A DNA stretch of 64,000 nucleotides from Octopus vulgaris (GCA_951406725.2 OX597819.1:31682001-31746000), one strand, 5' to 3'. Shown: positions 36,559 through 49,589, counted from the first letter of the stretch. Numbers and translations: made by a program. Notes: generated from the sequence alone by a model not told the origin.

Positions 36559-36925
36559 TCTCTCTATATATAAACGGCAAAATGTCTGTGTGTGTGTGTC
36601 CTTTATACAAATCCACAATTTTTCAGTTAGAGGGCTCGCACTTTCTATGATCATTCAAAACCGTCCAAGGGTGGTCGTGCACATCCTTACATTTCCCCAG
36701 TCACCCCGCAAAGCCATTAAAAAATCAAGAGAAGTGACTTTTTGTGAATTTTTTTATCCAAAACCCAATCAAAATACCCCGAAACTTGATACGCCAATTG
36801 AATGCCAGCTAGCTGTATGTGATTGGTCGGAGATTTGGACAGTACTCGAGTGTATGTGCGCACGCACGCAGCTGTATATGCATGCACTAGCACTATGACC
36901 CGGCGTTGCTGGGTCATAGTGCTAG
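36559..36925 (+). mobile_element. Complete non-autonomous Helitron
   Basis: Inserted between A and T; 5' TCTCTCTATATATAAA; 3' hairpin and terminal CTAG. Confidence 0.85.
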
Positions 36926-37816
36926 TGTGTATATAAATTTGTGTGTATGTTTACATATTCGTATGGTGTATTCATATGCGCAGGAGTTAATATGACTGGA
37001 TGTAACGCTAAGTGAATGCTGAGGTGAAGTTTCTCTCGTTCTCCCAATCGCTTTCTCTGATCAATAATAAGAGAAACATCAAGAGAAATCTAGTTTCCAC
37101 CTCCTCTACTGGACTTAATGTAATTGCAGTGTACCACAATGAAGGGTGGCGGGAAGAGTGATGATGAGTATTGAATAGTTTAAGTGTCAATGACACGAGC
37201 AGAGTTTGTTATTTCTGTTGTCATCGCAGTCACTGTTTAGTCTCAGCTATCAGCTCATCTCTCTCTCTACTTTCACTTTCACAGTTAGCGCGGTCGCGTG
37301 TGTCTGTGTTGACGTTCTTAAGTTTTCCCCTATCGGCAGGCTCAATGATTTTGACGCACAATCAGCAAATGATCAGACGCTACTCTATAGTGTTTTCAAA
37401 CATTATTAACACACACACACACGTGCGTATATACATACATGCATACACGTGCGCACGCACGCACGCACACACACACGTTAGATTCGACTAGCAAAAGAGC
37501 AAGACGACAAATAACTTAGTTGAAAAGAAATAAAGTTGGCGACAGGAAAGACACCTGGCCGTAGAAAACTGCCTTAACAACTTTCGTTTAACTCATCACG
37601 CTAATATGGGCAAATGATGATATATGTGATAACTTATTGTTAATTGGACATGGTGGGACACCCCTTTCTTACGCATAATCTATTATAAGAAATACTTATT
37701 TTAGCCATCTTGACAGGATTTCAAATCGTAACAGGTACATGAGCAAAAGGCACAACTCTGGACAGCGCCCTATCTTTCCAGCCAGCAGCCGTCATTTAAT
37801 TTAATTTATATATATA

Positions 37817-38206
37817 GGAGTGGCTGTATGGCAAGTAGCTTGCTTACCAACCACATGGTTCCGGGTTCAGTCCCACTGCGTGGCACTTGGGCAAGTGTCT
37901 TCTACTATAGCCTCGGGCCGACCAAAGCCTTGTGAGTGGATGGATTTGGTAGACGGAAACGGAAAAGAAGCCGGTCGAGTATATATATGTATGTGTGTGT
38001 ATATGTTTGTGCCTGTGTTAGTCCCCCCACAACATCGCTTGACAACCGATGCTGGTGTATTTACGCCCCCGTAAATGAGCGGTTCGGCAAGAGAGACCGA
38101 TAGAATAAGTACTAGGCTTACAAAGAAAAAGTCCTGGGGTCGATTTGCTCGACTAAAGGCGGTGCTCCAGCATGGCCACAGTCAAATGACTGAAACAAGT
38201 AAAAGA

Positions 38207-38207
<1 letters not shown>
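37817..38207 (+). mobile_element. SINE family B, full length
   Basis: GGAGTGGCTG..GGTTCAGTCCC..TGACTGAAACAAGTAAAAGA. Confidence 0.9.
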
Positions 38208-38253
<46 letters not shown>

Positions 38254-39007
38254 TTTTCTTCTTTTTATTTCTTCCATCAGCAAGCACAACAGTTGTCCTA
38301 CCTTGGCTCCAACAGACATAGAAAGCATAAGACATCTACAAAGACAGAAGAACTTTGTGGTCTCGTGTAACGTGACTAGTACAGAATTGTTAATCGACTC
38401 CTAAGATTATCTCCCCTTCTGACTCGCTATCAATTGCCGTCGGGTATTTTGTTTTACCTTCTTCCGCAGCGAAGAGAATTTCAGTAAATTCAAAACATAC
38501 ATACATATAAATTATATATACACAAAGAGGAAGAGAGAGAGAGGTGGGGTGATCTGTATGCTATAGGACAGATGCTTGGCTATTGCGGGTAAACATTACG
38601 AGATGATAAGGTGTCAGTTACCAATAGTTAAAAGTTCCAGCTGTATTTATAGAGAACTGGAGAAAAAAAAAAACAAAACAAAAACTAGGTCAATGAATGA
38701 TCCCAATGCAATTAGTTAATTTAAGGGGTGTGTGGAAAAAAATGAATTGAAATACGTGATGTAGATCTATCATTAAATTTACGTCTCCCATTTGTAGACA
38801 TCCCAGCAAATTACACGTGTGTGCATGTGCGCATAAATTAGAGAATACCGTGTTTCTACTCAATACAAGGCAGCGGTCTCCCATCAGCAGAGAAAGATAG
38901 AGTGGGGTGGGGGAGAGAGACATGCAGTGAGACTAACACTGCAGCCTATGTGTATAGATGTGCTGTGTGTGTGTGTAACTCTCTCCCCACTCTCTCTCTT
39001 TCGCTAT

Positions 39008-39487
39008 TTGTATGAATATATATATATATGAATATATATATATATATACATACAAATACATACATACATATATACATATACATACGTATATATACATATA
39101 AATACATACATACATACACACACATATATATACATACATATACATACACACACACACACACACATACATACATATACATACACACACACATATACATACA
39201 TATACATACACACACACACATACATATACATACACACACACACATACATATACATACACACACACACACATATACATACATATACATACACACACACACA
39301 CACATATATACATACATATACATACACACACACACACATACATATACATACACACACACACACATACATATACATACACACACATACACACACACACACA
39401 CACACATATACATACACACACACACACACACACACACATACATACACACACACACACAATATATATATATATATATAATATATACAA
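39008..39487. repeat. (TA)/(CA) low-complexity tract
   Basis: Direct. Confidence 0.95.
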
Positions 39488-39603
39488 ATACAAAATGGGA
39501 CAAGAACGCAAAACATTCAAATAGACGATACAAAAAACACGGACGGGTCATTCGAAGCCTCTAATCTTCAGTCAAGAAACGGATCATCCTCGCAATTTCG
39601 GCT

Positions 39604-39636
<33 letters not shown>

Positions 39637-39639
<3 letters not shown>

Positions 39640-39888
39640 TAGCGTACATTTAAACACAAAAGAGGCGAGCATTAACAGGTTACCTAAAATACTAGAAAGA
39701 ACAGTCAAAAAGTCCAAACCACAGTTAAGAGCAATATCCAAGGGAATAAAAAAACATGGTAAATCTTTTTATTTTTCATTCCCTTCGAAATTGCTCTTAA
39801 CTGTGGTTTCGACTTTTTGACTGTTCTTTCTAGTATGTTAGGCAACCTATTAAGGCTCACCTCTTTTGTGTTTAAATGTACACTAATT
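39637..39888. repeat. Imperfect fold-back inverted repeat with arms of about 115 bp
   Basis: AATTAGCGTACATTTAAACACAAAAGAGG.. pairs with ..CCTCTTTTGTGTTTAAATGTACACTAATT. Confidence 0.85.
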
Positions 39889-39972
39889 TTTATATGAAAA
39901 ATATGTCAATTGACTTTGTATACATACTAGACCACTGCTAGAAAAAAATCTCTATAATTTTTTTCCTACCCT

Positions 39973-40008
<36 letters not shown>

Positions 40009-40079
40009 CCGGAGTAAACACATAAATGTGAAACAAGGTGGAAAAAAGAGTACTCAAATACCAGTTGTAGAGTATTATG

Positions 40080-40236
40080 CTTTATTTAAAGCAGCAGAAA
40101 ATTCAACAAAACCTGTTACTCTGAGTTTTCCGTTGCCGTTCGTCGGACAGTTTTTGCTAGCAAAAACTGTCTGACGAACGGCAACAGGAAACTCAGAGTA
40201 ACAGGTTTTGTTGAATTTTCTGCTGCTTTAAATAAA

Positions 40237-40237
<1 letters not shown>
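40080..40237. repeat. Near-perfect 158-bp palindrome (Penelope-like inverted terminal fragment)
   Basis: Centre GCTAGC at 40156-40161; arms CTTTATTTAAAGCAGCAG.. / ..CTGCTGCTTTAAATAAAG. Confidence 0.9.
40167..40204 (+). ncRNA. Type I hammerhead ribozyme-like motif (stem II degenerate)
   Basis: CTGT CTGACGA acggcaacag GAA ACTC A GAGT A ACAG: stem I CTGT/ACAG, canonical core, stem III ACTC/GAGT, GUA cleavage triplet. Confidence 0.6.
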
Positions 40238-40282
<45 letters not shown>

Positions 40283-40507
40283 TGATGTATGTGGTTGCTG
40301 TGAATGATGTTGTCAACTGATTAATTTCTGGTGTTTTGCCTCTCATTGTCTATACATAATAGATGCCATATCTATCTGTCTGTCTGTCTATAAAGTAATA
40401 AGCAAAACAAGATGACAAAACAAGAGGGACTGGTACTTGTTTGTCGACCTCAGCGGAATATGAACTCAGAATATGTGTGTGTAAAGATGTGTGTATATAT
40501 GTGTGTG

Positions 40508-40564
<57 letters not shown>

Positions 40565-40734
40565 GTGTGTAAGGACGGACGATATGCCATCTCGCCACCT
40601 TAAGTGTTATTACTATAATGGTTGAAAGGAAGGGAAGGTGTTTCTGAAGTTTTGGACGCTCGTCCTTTATCAGAAACATAAAGGAAACAAAATAAAAAGA
40701 AGATATGAAAAGTGGAGGGGAGGAAATATCTCTT

Positions 40735-41129
40735 TTACTCTCTTTTACTTGTTTCAGTCATTTGACTGTGGCCATGCTGGAGCACCGCCTTTAATCGAGC
40801 AACTCGACCAGGGACTTATTCTTTTGTAAGCTCAGTACTTATTCTATCGGTCTCTTTTGCCGAACCGCTAAGTAACGGGGACAATCGGTTGTCAAGCAAT
40901 GCTAGGGGGACAAACACAGACACACAAACATACACACACACACACACACACACATATATACATATATACGACGGGCTTCTTTCAGTTTCCGTCAACCAAA
41001 TCCACTCACAAGGCTTTGGTCGGCCCGAGGCTATAGCAGAAGACACTTGGCCAAGGTGCCACGCAGTGGGACTGAACCCGGGACCATGTGGTTGGTAAAC
41101 AAGCTACTTACCACACAGCCACTCCTGCG

Positions 41130-41131
<2 letters not shown>
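40735..41131 (-). mobile_element. SINE family B, full length
   Basis: Homology to other copies. Confidence 0.9.
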
Positions 41132-41167
<36 letters not shown>

Positions 41168-41173
<6 letters not shown>

Positions 41174-41565
41174 CAAAAAAACATACGCGCGTGCATGCGC
41201 ATTTTCAGCTGTTTTAGCCAGAGGCTCTAGTCATACTGGAGCGCTGTCATTCGTGTGAACAATAGTTTATTTCATTCCATTTGCGTAAGAGAGTTGAACA
41301 GCGCCACTTTCACATGCATTTCTTGCCGTAATAGCGATCCGTCAATTATCTGATGCTATATATATATATATATATATACATACAAAAAAACATACGCGCG
41401 TGCATGCGCATTTTCAGCTGTTTTAGCCAGAGGCTCTAGTCATACTGGAGCGCTGTCATTCGTGTGAACAATAGTTTATTTGATTCCATTTGCGTAAGAG
41501 AGTTGAACAGCGCCACTTTCACATGCATTTCTTGCCGTGATAGGGATCCGTCAATTATCTGATGC
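41168..41565. repeat. Direct tandem duplication of about 190 bp separated by (TA)n
   Basis: 41168-41356 is nearly identical to 41377-41565. Confidence 0.9.
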
Positions 41566-42539
41566 TTTTGAATACATTGACATCTACGCCTCATAGGCTT
41601 TTCAGATTTTTTTTTGAAAATCGATGTGCACTTGAGCCCTAAAGCAGTTACAGGTATAGGTTTTTAATCTAGATGGAGTAGGTGGACCTTCGGTTCCATG
41701 CAGCGGCGACTAGTTTCAGCGGGCGGTAGTGTAGCTTTAGCATAAAGCGCTACACATACCATGATATTGCACACACATTCATCTGCATTTTTGTTGCCAT
41801 CTTAGTAATATATACATAGAATGCTATATCATTACTCATGTGGATTTGCACTGATTGTTTCTCCGGGCCGAGTATTCAGATAACAATCTGCTGTGGGCTG
41901 ATAGAGGAGCGTTTGAAATTCTTCAGCATTGAGCTAACTAAATGTTATTTTCTTCAGCCCATTTATATACTGCATTCAGAATGTGAGTGGCTTAGTGGTG
42001 AGGTTATTCGGTCCACGGTGAGGTTATTCGATTCCCAGTGGCCTGTTTTGTCTCTGAGCGTGGCTCCAGTCCAGTCAGCTGGCGAAAATGAGTTGTGTCC
42101 GTAATTCAAACGAGCAACCTCCTCACACTGTGTCACACTGAATCTCTCGTGTCTGTGGAGTGCTCAGCCACTTGCACGTTAATTTCAAGAGCAGGCTATT
42201 CCGTCGATCGGATCAACTGGAACACTCGTCGTCGTAATCAACGGAATGCTAGGTATATTACAATCAAATCTCTCTGCAGTTTTGCGTTATTATCAGGGTC
42301 CTTGCGTGTCGGTGCTGCTCTTGTAGCGTTAGCCTAGATGGTAAGAGTGTGTCTGTATGGCTGAGCGCTCTCTGGGGGAGCCACCACTAACAGTAGTGAT
42401 CCCAGTACTGGTTCCTCAGGAAAGTCCACTGTGAAATAATGCTCCTCGGAGATGCACCTAACCGCTTCTCTCTCTCCCACGCAAACACAGAGAGAGAGCC
42501 CATGTCTATCACTTTAGCCATCTATCTATCAACATGCCG

Positions 42540-42862
42540 TGCTTCCCAACCACATGGTTCTGGATTCAGTCGCACTACGTGGCACCTTGGGCAAGTGTCT
42601 CCTGCTATAGCAGCCACGGGCCGACCAAAGCCTTTGCGAGTGGATTTGGTAGACAAAGAAACCCGTCATATATATATATAGTCCCTCCACCATCGCTTGA
42701 CAACCGAAGCTGGTGTGTTTACGTCCCCGTTACTTACCGGTTCGGCAAAAAGAGCCCGATAGAATTAGTACTAGACTTACAACGAATAAGTAGTGGGATC
42801 GAGTTGTTCGACTAAAGGTGGTGCTCCAGTATGGCCGCAGTCAAATGACAAAAGAATAAAAG
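42540..42862 (+). mobile_element. SINE family B, degenerate
   Basis: Homology to other copies. Confidence 0.75.
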
Positions 42863-42936
42863 AATAACACACACACACACGTGATGTACGTGTGTGTGCT
42901 TTTGTCTGTTTATGTATACACCTATCTATTTATATA

Positions 42937-42970
<34 letters not shown>

Positions 42971-43354
42971 TTTACCTATATATACACACGCACGCGCGCA
43001 TCCCCACCCACAGGAAAAATGTATATGATAAACACAAGATACCTATTTATTACTATTTGTTCCGCACGTACGTTTATCTCCAGTGTGGTTTACTTGCATC
43101 GCCTGTACTGAATGCTCATGGTACAATTGGATGCTGCTGATAAACAAGAGTTCTTCAGAGGAGATCACTTCATATAACATGTTTACACAGATCAAATAAA
43201 TTCTCCGATATATTTACTCAGCATATCACAACCGGTGTAATACTGCTAAGAACGGTTATAATCACACCACTTCACTAAAAGTGGACTGGATTACGATACT
43301 TCACGTGTAACTCTAATCACAAGGGATAGTGATACACCTCACCGTACACCCAGG

Positions 43355-43392
<38 letters not shown>

Positions 43393-43393
<1 letters not shown>

Positions 43394-43594
43394 TCTTTTA
43401 CTTGTTTCAGTCATTTGACTGACTGTGGCCATGCTGGAGCACCGCCATTTAGACGAGCAAATCGACCTCGGGACTTATTCTTTGTAAGCCTAGTACTTAT
43501 TCTATCTGTCTCTTTCGCCGAACCGCTAAGTTACGAGGACGTACACACCAGCATCGGTTGTCAAGCGATAGTGATGGGACAAACAGAGACACAA

Positions 43595-43649
<55 letters not shown>

Positions 43650-43808
43650 CGACAGGTTTCTTTCAGTTTCCGTCGACCAAATCCACTCACATGGTTTTGG
43701 TCGGTCCGAGGCTATAATAGAAGACACTTGTCCAAGGTGTCACGCAGTGGGACTGAACCCGGAACCATGTGGTTGGTAAGCAAGGTACTTACCACACAGG
43801 CACTCCTA
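43393..43808 (-). mobile_element. SINE family B
   Basis: Homology to other copies. Confidence 0.85.
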
Positions 43809-44009
43809 CATACATACATATACACACACGTGTGTGTAACCCTTTACCTAAAAACTTTCATGTAGTGGAGAGTGATGCGTGTGTTATAATAAAAACAATT
43901 TGACATTAATCTGATGGGTTACTCTATACTTTTGTGGAGTACAGATTTTTTGTTCCTATACAAGAATTTTGTTGACAGTGACTCCGAAGTTTCGGCACGC
44001 TAAGCCATC

Positions 44010-44062
44010 GTTGACAGCCCGACGATGGCTTAGCTGGCCGAAACTTCGGAGTCACTATCAAC
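44010..44062 (+). ncRNA. Type I hammerhead ribozyme-like motif inside an inverted repeat (43969-44064)
   Basis: GTTGACAGC CCGACGA tGGC ttagctg GCC GAA ACTT CG GAGT C ACTATCAAC: three stems and a GUC triplet, with U4>C in the core; the inverted arm keeps the better-pairing ACTGTCAAC stem I strand. Confidence 0.65.
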
Positions 44063-44628
44063 AACATCCTTACATAAGAATAACACACAAAAATATATAT
44101 ATAAGTGAGTACTGGAAATTGGAGCCTTTTAGTTATAATGTATTAAAGAATACTTCACATTCATATTAAGGTCCTGTAATTTAACGCTTATGATGATTCA
44201 ACAGATTTTATATACATACATGAAAATGTGGAGGTGGTGGTGGAGAAAGGCTATACAAAATAAGGTTATATGCACCTATATTCATCACATCCTCTCATTC
44301 ATCTCCTCGCTCTCTCCCTCCTACTCCTCCTCCTTCGCCCGCGCGCGCGCACACATCGGTATGCACGTACGTACATATTTTTGTTTGTACGTATGCACAT
44401 ATGCATGTATGTACATAACGCAAACACCTATGTACGTACACACATATGTATGTATGTATGTATGTATATACGTACGTATATAGTAAAGCAGAAATATCTT
44501 CTTCTGTTATCACTAATATACCACTACCCAGCATCACAGCAGGGTGGCGCCGGAGTAGTGATAGTAAAGTGCTGAGCTAAATAAACATAGCTGAAATGTA
44601 TTCTGTTTCATCTATATGTTCTTAGTTT

Positions 44629-45094
44629 TAAAATACCGCCGGGGACGATCAAGAATCTACCCGACATGTACTATGCTTGATACAATACCCCTTCCTTACC
44701 ATCTACTGGTGGTGAGCTATCGTTTTTACACAGTGGCAAACACCCGGCACCAACAAAATATTCACTGTTTTCATTTCAAGGTACCATATTTCAACACCTG
44801 TACTAACAATATTTTGGGGGGTTGTTTTGCTTAGGTGTGTGGAATTTGTTATCGTTTGACCAGCGTGTCAGCTGTGACCATCTCGTCGATACATACATAC
44901 AAACGTATATATGTGCGCGCGTGTATATATATATATATATATATTGTATCATAGGAAGGTCGTTATGAGAGTTATAAACAATGTATATACATACAAGTAT
45001 ATGAATATACATATGAACTTACATACGTACATACATGCATATTTACTATTGCTTGCTTTCATGTAAAATTACACACACACACACACACACGCAC

Positions 45095-45127
<33 letters not shown>

Positions 45128-45382
45128 AAATGGGACAAGAACGCAAAACATCCGGATAGAACTTCGAATGACCCGTCCTTGTTTTCTTTGTATCGTCTAT
45201 CTAGATGTTTTGTTGTCCCATTTTGGTATCACCTAACTGTCTGGATGTTTTGCGTTCTTGTCCCATTTTGTATGTGTATGTGTAAAAACGATAGCTCACC
45301 ACTAGTAGATGGTAAGGAAGGGGTATTGTATCAAGCATAGTACATGTCGGGTAGATTCTTGATCGTCCCCGGCGGTATTTTA
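44629..45382. mobile_element. Segment bounded by 104-bp inverted repeats, enclosing a second inverted repeat (45125-45271)
   Basis: 44629-44732 is the reverse complement of 45279-45382 with one visible mismatch. Confidence 0.75.
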
Positions 45383-45907
45383 TATAAATATATATATATA
45401 AAAACAATTTTACAATAAACTAAGATTACTGAATATTCTTTAGAAGACAACATGTTCATCAACTCGTAAAATGAAAATTTATGAATATCAATTTGTCAAT
45501 CCGGCTGTGTCTTTCTCTCTCATATATTTACACACACACGTACAAACGCACACGTACACACACACACACAAATGCGGTGAAGAGCAAACAACAAAATATA
45601 TCATAGAACAAGAGGGGATAGACGCTCAAAGAGATGAATTAAAGCGAGGAAAACCTAGGAGGAAAGAAAGGAAAAAAAATTAATAGTGTAATCGAGACGA
45701 AAATAAAGTCGAGTGGAGTATTTGATCGAGAAGCTTGCCGTTGACTGACCGGAAGTAGGATGGCGAAGAGTTAAAAGGTAAAAATTAACCTCAGCGAGAT
45801 TTGACTATAAAATGTAAAGGTCAAAAGAAATAGTGCATAATATTCATTCCAGCGCTCTAACGATTCTGCGAATGCGAATAATAATAATAATAATAGTAAT
45901 AATAATA

Positions 45908-46109
45908 CAACATGAAGAAATTTCTAACTCGGCCCCACCTGCAAGGTCATGTGCTGTTTATCTTGATATGAGATCACCATGTCACGCACATATGGTTGTG
46001 ATGCATGTGCCTAGTATACCCTTATCAGACGGGTAGTCATGATGGGTATATTGGGCTTCGTATATTTTACCCCAGTGTCACTTTGATGGCATGAACTGCT
46101 CTCTCACTC

Positions 46110-46110
<1 letters not shown>
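45908..46110 (+). mobile_element. Unclassified insert inside an (AAT)n microsatellite
   Basis: (AAT)n at 45878-45907 and 46110-46151 flank about 200 bp of complex sequence. Confidence 0.45.
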
Positions 46111-46151
<41 letters not shown>

Positions 46152-46650
46152 CCTATTCTACAATAGGCACAAGGCCTTAAATTTGGAGAGGGAGATGGTA
46201 TCTCGAGTATCGAGATCCAGGTAATCAACTGATACTTATTTTATCGACTCCGAAAGGATTAAAGGCAAAGTCGAACTCGGCGGAATTTGAATTCAGAACA
46301 TTAAAGACAAACGAAAAGCCGTTAAGCATTTTGCCCGACATGGCAGCTCGACGATGCCTATGACGACATCTGACGACGATTTCTTTTATTTGTCACGAGG
46401 GCGAAGGCTGAAAGAGACAATATACAAAGACAGACATATAAAGTGTAGGGTTCACACATAATGAAAGGGAAAACGAAAAAAAAAATGATTTGTTTTTTTT
46501 ATTTGGCACAGGGGTGTCTGCTGAAGGAGATATTTTACCAAGAGACGTTAAATATAGTGCGAGTTTTATAGAGTACAATTTGCGGAGAAACGAACAAAAC
46601 AAAAAAAAAATAAATAAATAAAACCCCCAACAAAAAACGAGATGATAAGT

Positions 46651-46688
<38 letters not shown>

Positions 46689-48726
46689 TATACAAAGGAC
46701 ATGGATGCTACAAACCTGAACAACAAACTTTTACAGTAGGAGGAATATATGATATGTATGAGCGAGCTTATTCATTTATACGTACCGTTATGTTTCTCAT
46801 CAAAGAATATTAGAAATTCATATTTATCAAGTACTGTTTGACACAATGGCAGTTCATAATAGGTGGGGGTTGTATATTGGTTCTCTGCCAGAAAGTTCAA
46901 TTCCTGGACTTTGAATCTCTCCGAACCCAATTATATATATATATATATATATCTCACACACACACACACACACACACACACTGACACACTTAGACACCCA
47001 CACTCATTTTTTATTGGCTGTTCTGTATGCATTGGTAATTCTATTCTGTTCCCTTCGTCGTAAATAATTACGATTTTCGTAAGAATTCCTTTTCCGGAAT
47101 TTATTTTAAGCAATCTAAGTTTTAATTTAATATTAGGATTTAATAATAATTCACAATTCGCAGACAATTCTGTTTCGTCGCTTCGTTTCTCTCATCGGAG
47201 TATAAAGTTCCTCGTTATAGTATTTGATGAGTTTGTAAAAAAAAAAAATAGATATGAACACTTGTATAAAGAAAAGAGATAAAAATTAAAATATTAAGAA
47301 AAATTGATAAAGTTCTCGATTCATTTCAAACCAGACAGCAAGTTACATTTCCTTCTAGGTTTCTGGGAATGTGTGCAAATAAATACGAAGAATAGTCAAA
47401 AAATTCCAGTTAAAAGAATGTGAAATTACAAATAATTTTCCCCGACGGCAGTCAAGAGTGGGAAGTAATTCACTGAAGTCGGCACTTCCAGGAATTCAAT
47501 ATTTCCCCCCATTTTCCTTCAGTAATATGTACTATGTATGTCCTGGGTACGACTTTAAACTGCATCTGATAGTTGGGCCCTCGTACAGGGCTTTGAGGAG
47601 TGTGGAACCATCTCTTCGCCACTCTTCAAATCTACACTGATCCGGAGTTGTAAGCACCTTCAGGGACCCAACTGTGAGTTAATTAGCATGTGAACCACTA
47701 GGTGTGAAGGAGCCCCTAGTTCACATTAGAAATTCCTTCTAGCGTAAGGTAAATTCGTAAAAAAAAAAAAAGTAGTCTGTAGTGTAGTTGGTTTCTGATC
47801 ATCTCAACCTACGTTGCACCCCTGGTTTTATAGTTGACTGCACGGCGCTAGCTCAAGACGGCACGCAAGTGGGACGGAACCTGGAGCCATGTGGTTGGGA
47901 AGCAAGTTTCTTGCTATACAGCTACACCTGCGTCTATGTATGTACATACATCAAACGATATGCTCAGAGTCTAAGTGCTTGTGAAGAGCTTCATGGTAAA
48001 AACTTGGTGTCAACAACAACACCACCACACACTCGTGTATAACAGAGGGTCCTTATATAAACTTTCATTTTCAGTTACGGTCTATGTATGTCGACGTTAT
48101 CAAATGTAACCTTTTCCATTTTTAAGACACAAGAGCACAAGTTGATGTCGCAAAAACTGCGTAGTATCTTCTTCGGTGCTGACTTATTCTGCGGTGGTCG
48201 TGACCAATTGGGAAGTTTATTTGGTTTAACATTAAAAACACTGATTATTTTAGAATAAGCCAAGACTGTTTCGGATGAGGTGAGAAAAAGAATCCGTTTC
48301 TGACACTGTGTGTGTCATGGTGGTGGTGGTGGTGTGAGATAGAGAAAAAGACAAGATTAAAGGGATGAGACAGAAAGGAGAGAGCGATAAGACGAGGATG
48401 GAGATAACTAGATGTATATATATAAGCGCGTGAGTAAGAGAGAGAGAGAGAGAGAGTTATGACGAATAGCGGAAGGGTGTTTGACCTCCGCCACGAACAC
48501 TAAGAGCTTTGAAAGCAAACGGACGTTGCTTGTTAACAGCAGCAGATAATGAAAGGGTGGATGGCTAGGAAGAATGTAGAAATATTTGGTATGTCAGATA
48601 GCACGCTCGCGCGCACACACACTCGTACAATGAATACAACATTATAGTCATATGAGCCCGGGCACACATACTACAATGAACACACACACACACACACCGA
48701 CAATAAACAAAACCATTTATATAGAC

Positions 48727-49145
48727 CTATTTCTTTACTGCCCACAAGGGGCTACACACAGAGGGGACAAACAAGGACAGACAAACGGATTAAGTCGATT
48801 ATATCGACCCCAGTGCGTAACTGGTACTTATTTAATCGACCCAGAAAGGATGAAAGGCAGAGTCGACCTCGGCGGAATTTGAACTCAGAACGTAGCGGCA
48901 GACGAATACCTATTTCTATTTCTTTATTACCCACAAGGGGCTAAACACAGAGGGGACAAACAAGGACAAACAAACGGATTAAGTCGATTATATCGACCCC
49001 AGTGCGTAACTGGTACTTAATTTATCGACCCCGAAAGGATGAAAGGCAGAGTCGACCTCGGCGGAATTTGAACTCAGAACGTAGCGGCAGACGAAATACC
49101 GCTACGCATTTCGCCCGGCGTGCTAACGTTTCTGCCAACACGCCG
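48727..49145 (-). mobile_element. SINE family C dimer (self-insertion)
   Basis: Two head-to-tail units joined at GACGAATACC|TATTTC (about 48910). Confidence 0.9.
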
Positions 49146-49150
49146 GAGAC

Positions 49151-49444
49151 CAGTGATTCTCAACCGGGGTCCATATAAAATTTTGGGGATCCACACAACA
49201 AACTGATAAATTGAAGCCCCCTGAAATGTTTTTACTTTAGCTGTATTTGTATGTATTGCAAAAAAAACAACTAGGTTTTTTTCTCTAACATTTTACATAA
49301 ATCAACCTACACAAATTAATGTGAGAATTTTAAACAAAGTATCTATAAAACTAGTTTTTAAACATCAAATGGCTATGGGAGTCCGCCAGAATAAAATAGT
49401 AATCAAAGGGGTCCATAGAAAAAATAAAATGGTTAAGAACCCTG
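49151..49444. mobile_element. hAT-like MITE
   Basis: CAGTGATTCTCAACC / GGTTAAGAACCCTG termini. Confidence 0.6.
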
Positions 49445-49589
49445 AGTTATAGACCATCAAGCTGAGCCGTCTTAGCAGCTTTACAGGTCCCCGGGAAAAA
49501 ATCATTGTACTGGGGGGGGGGGGGGCACTTATAGTATTTATTTATTGACACAAGAAGTCACAATATACGTGGAAATTAGGACCCTTGAT

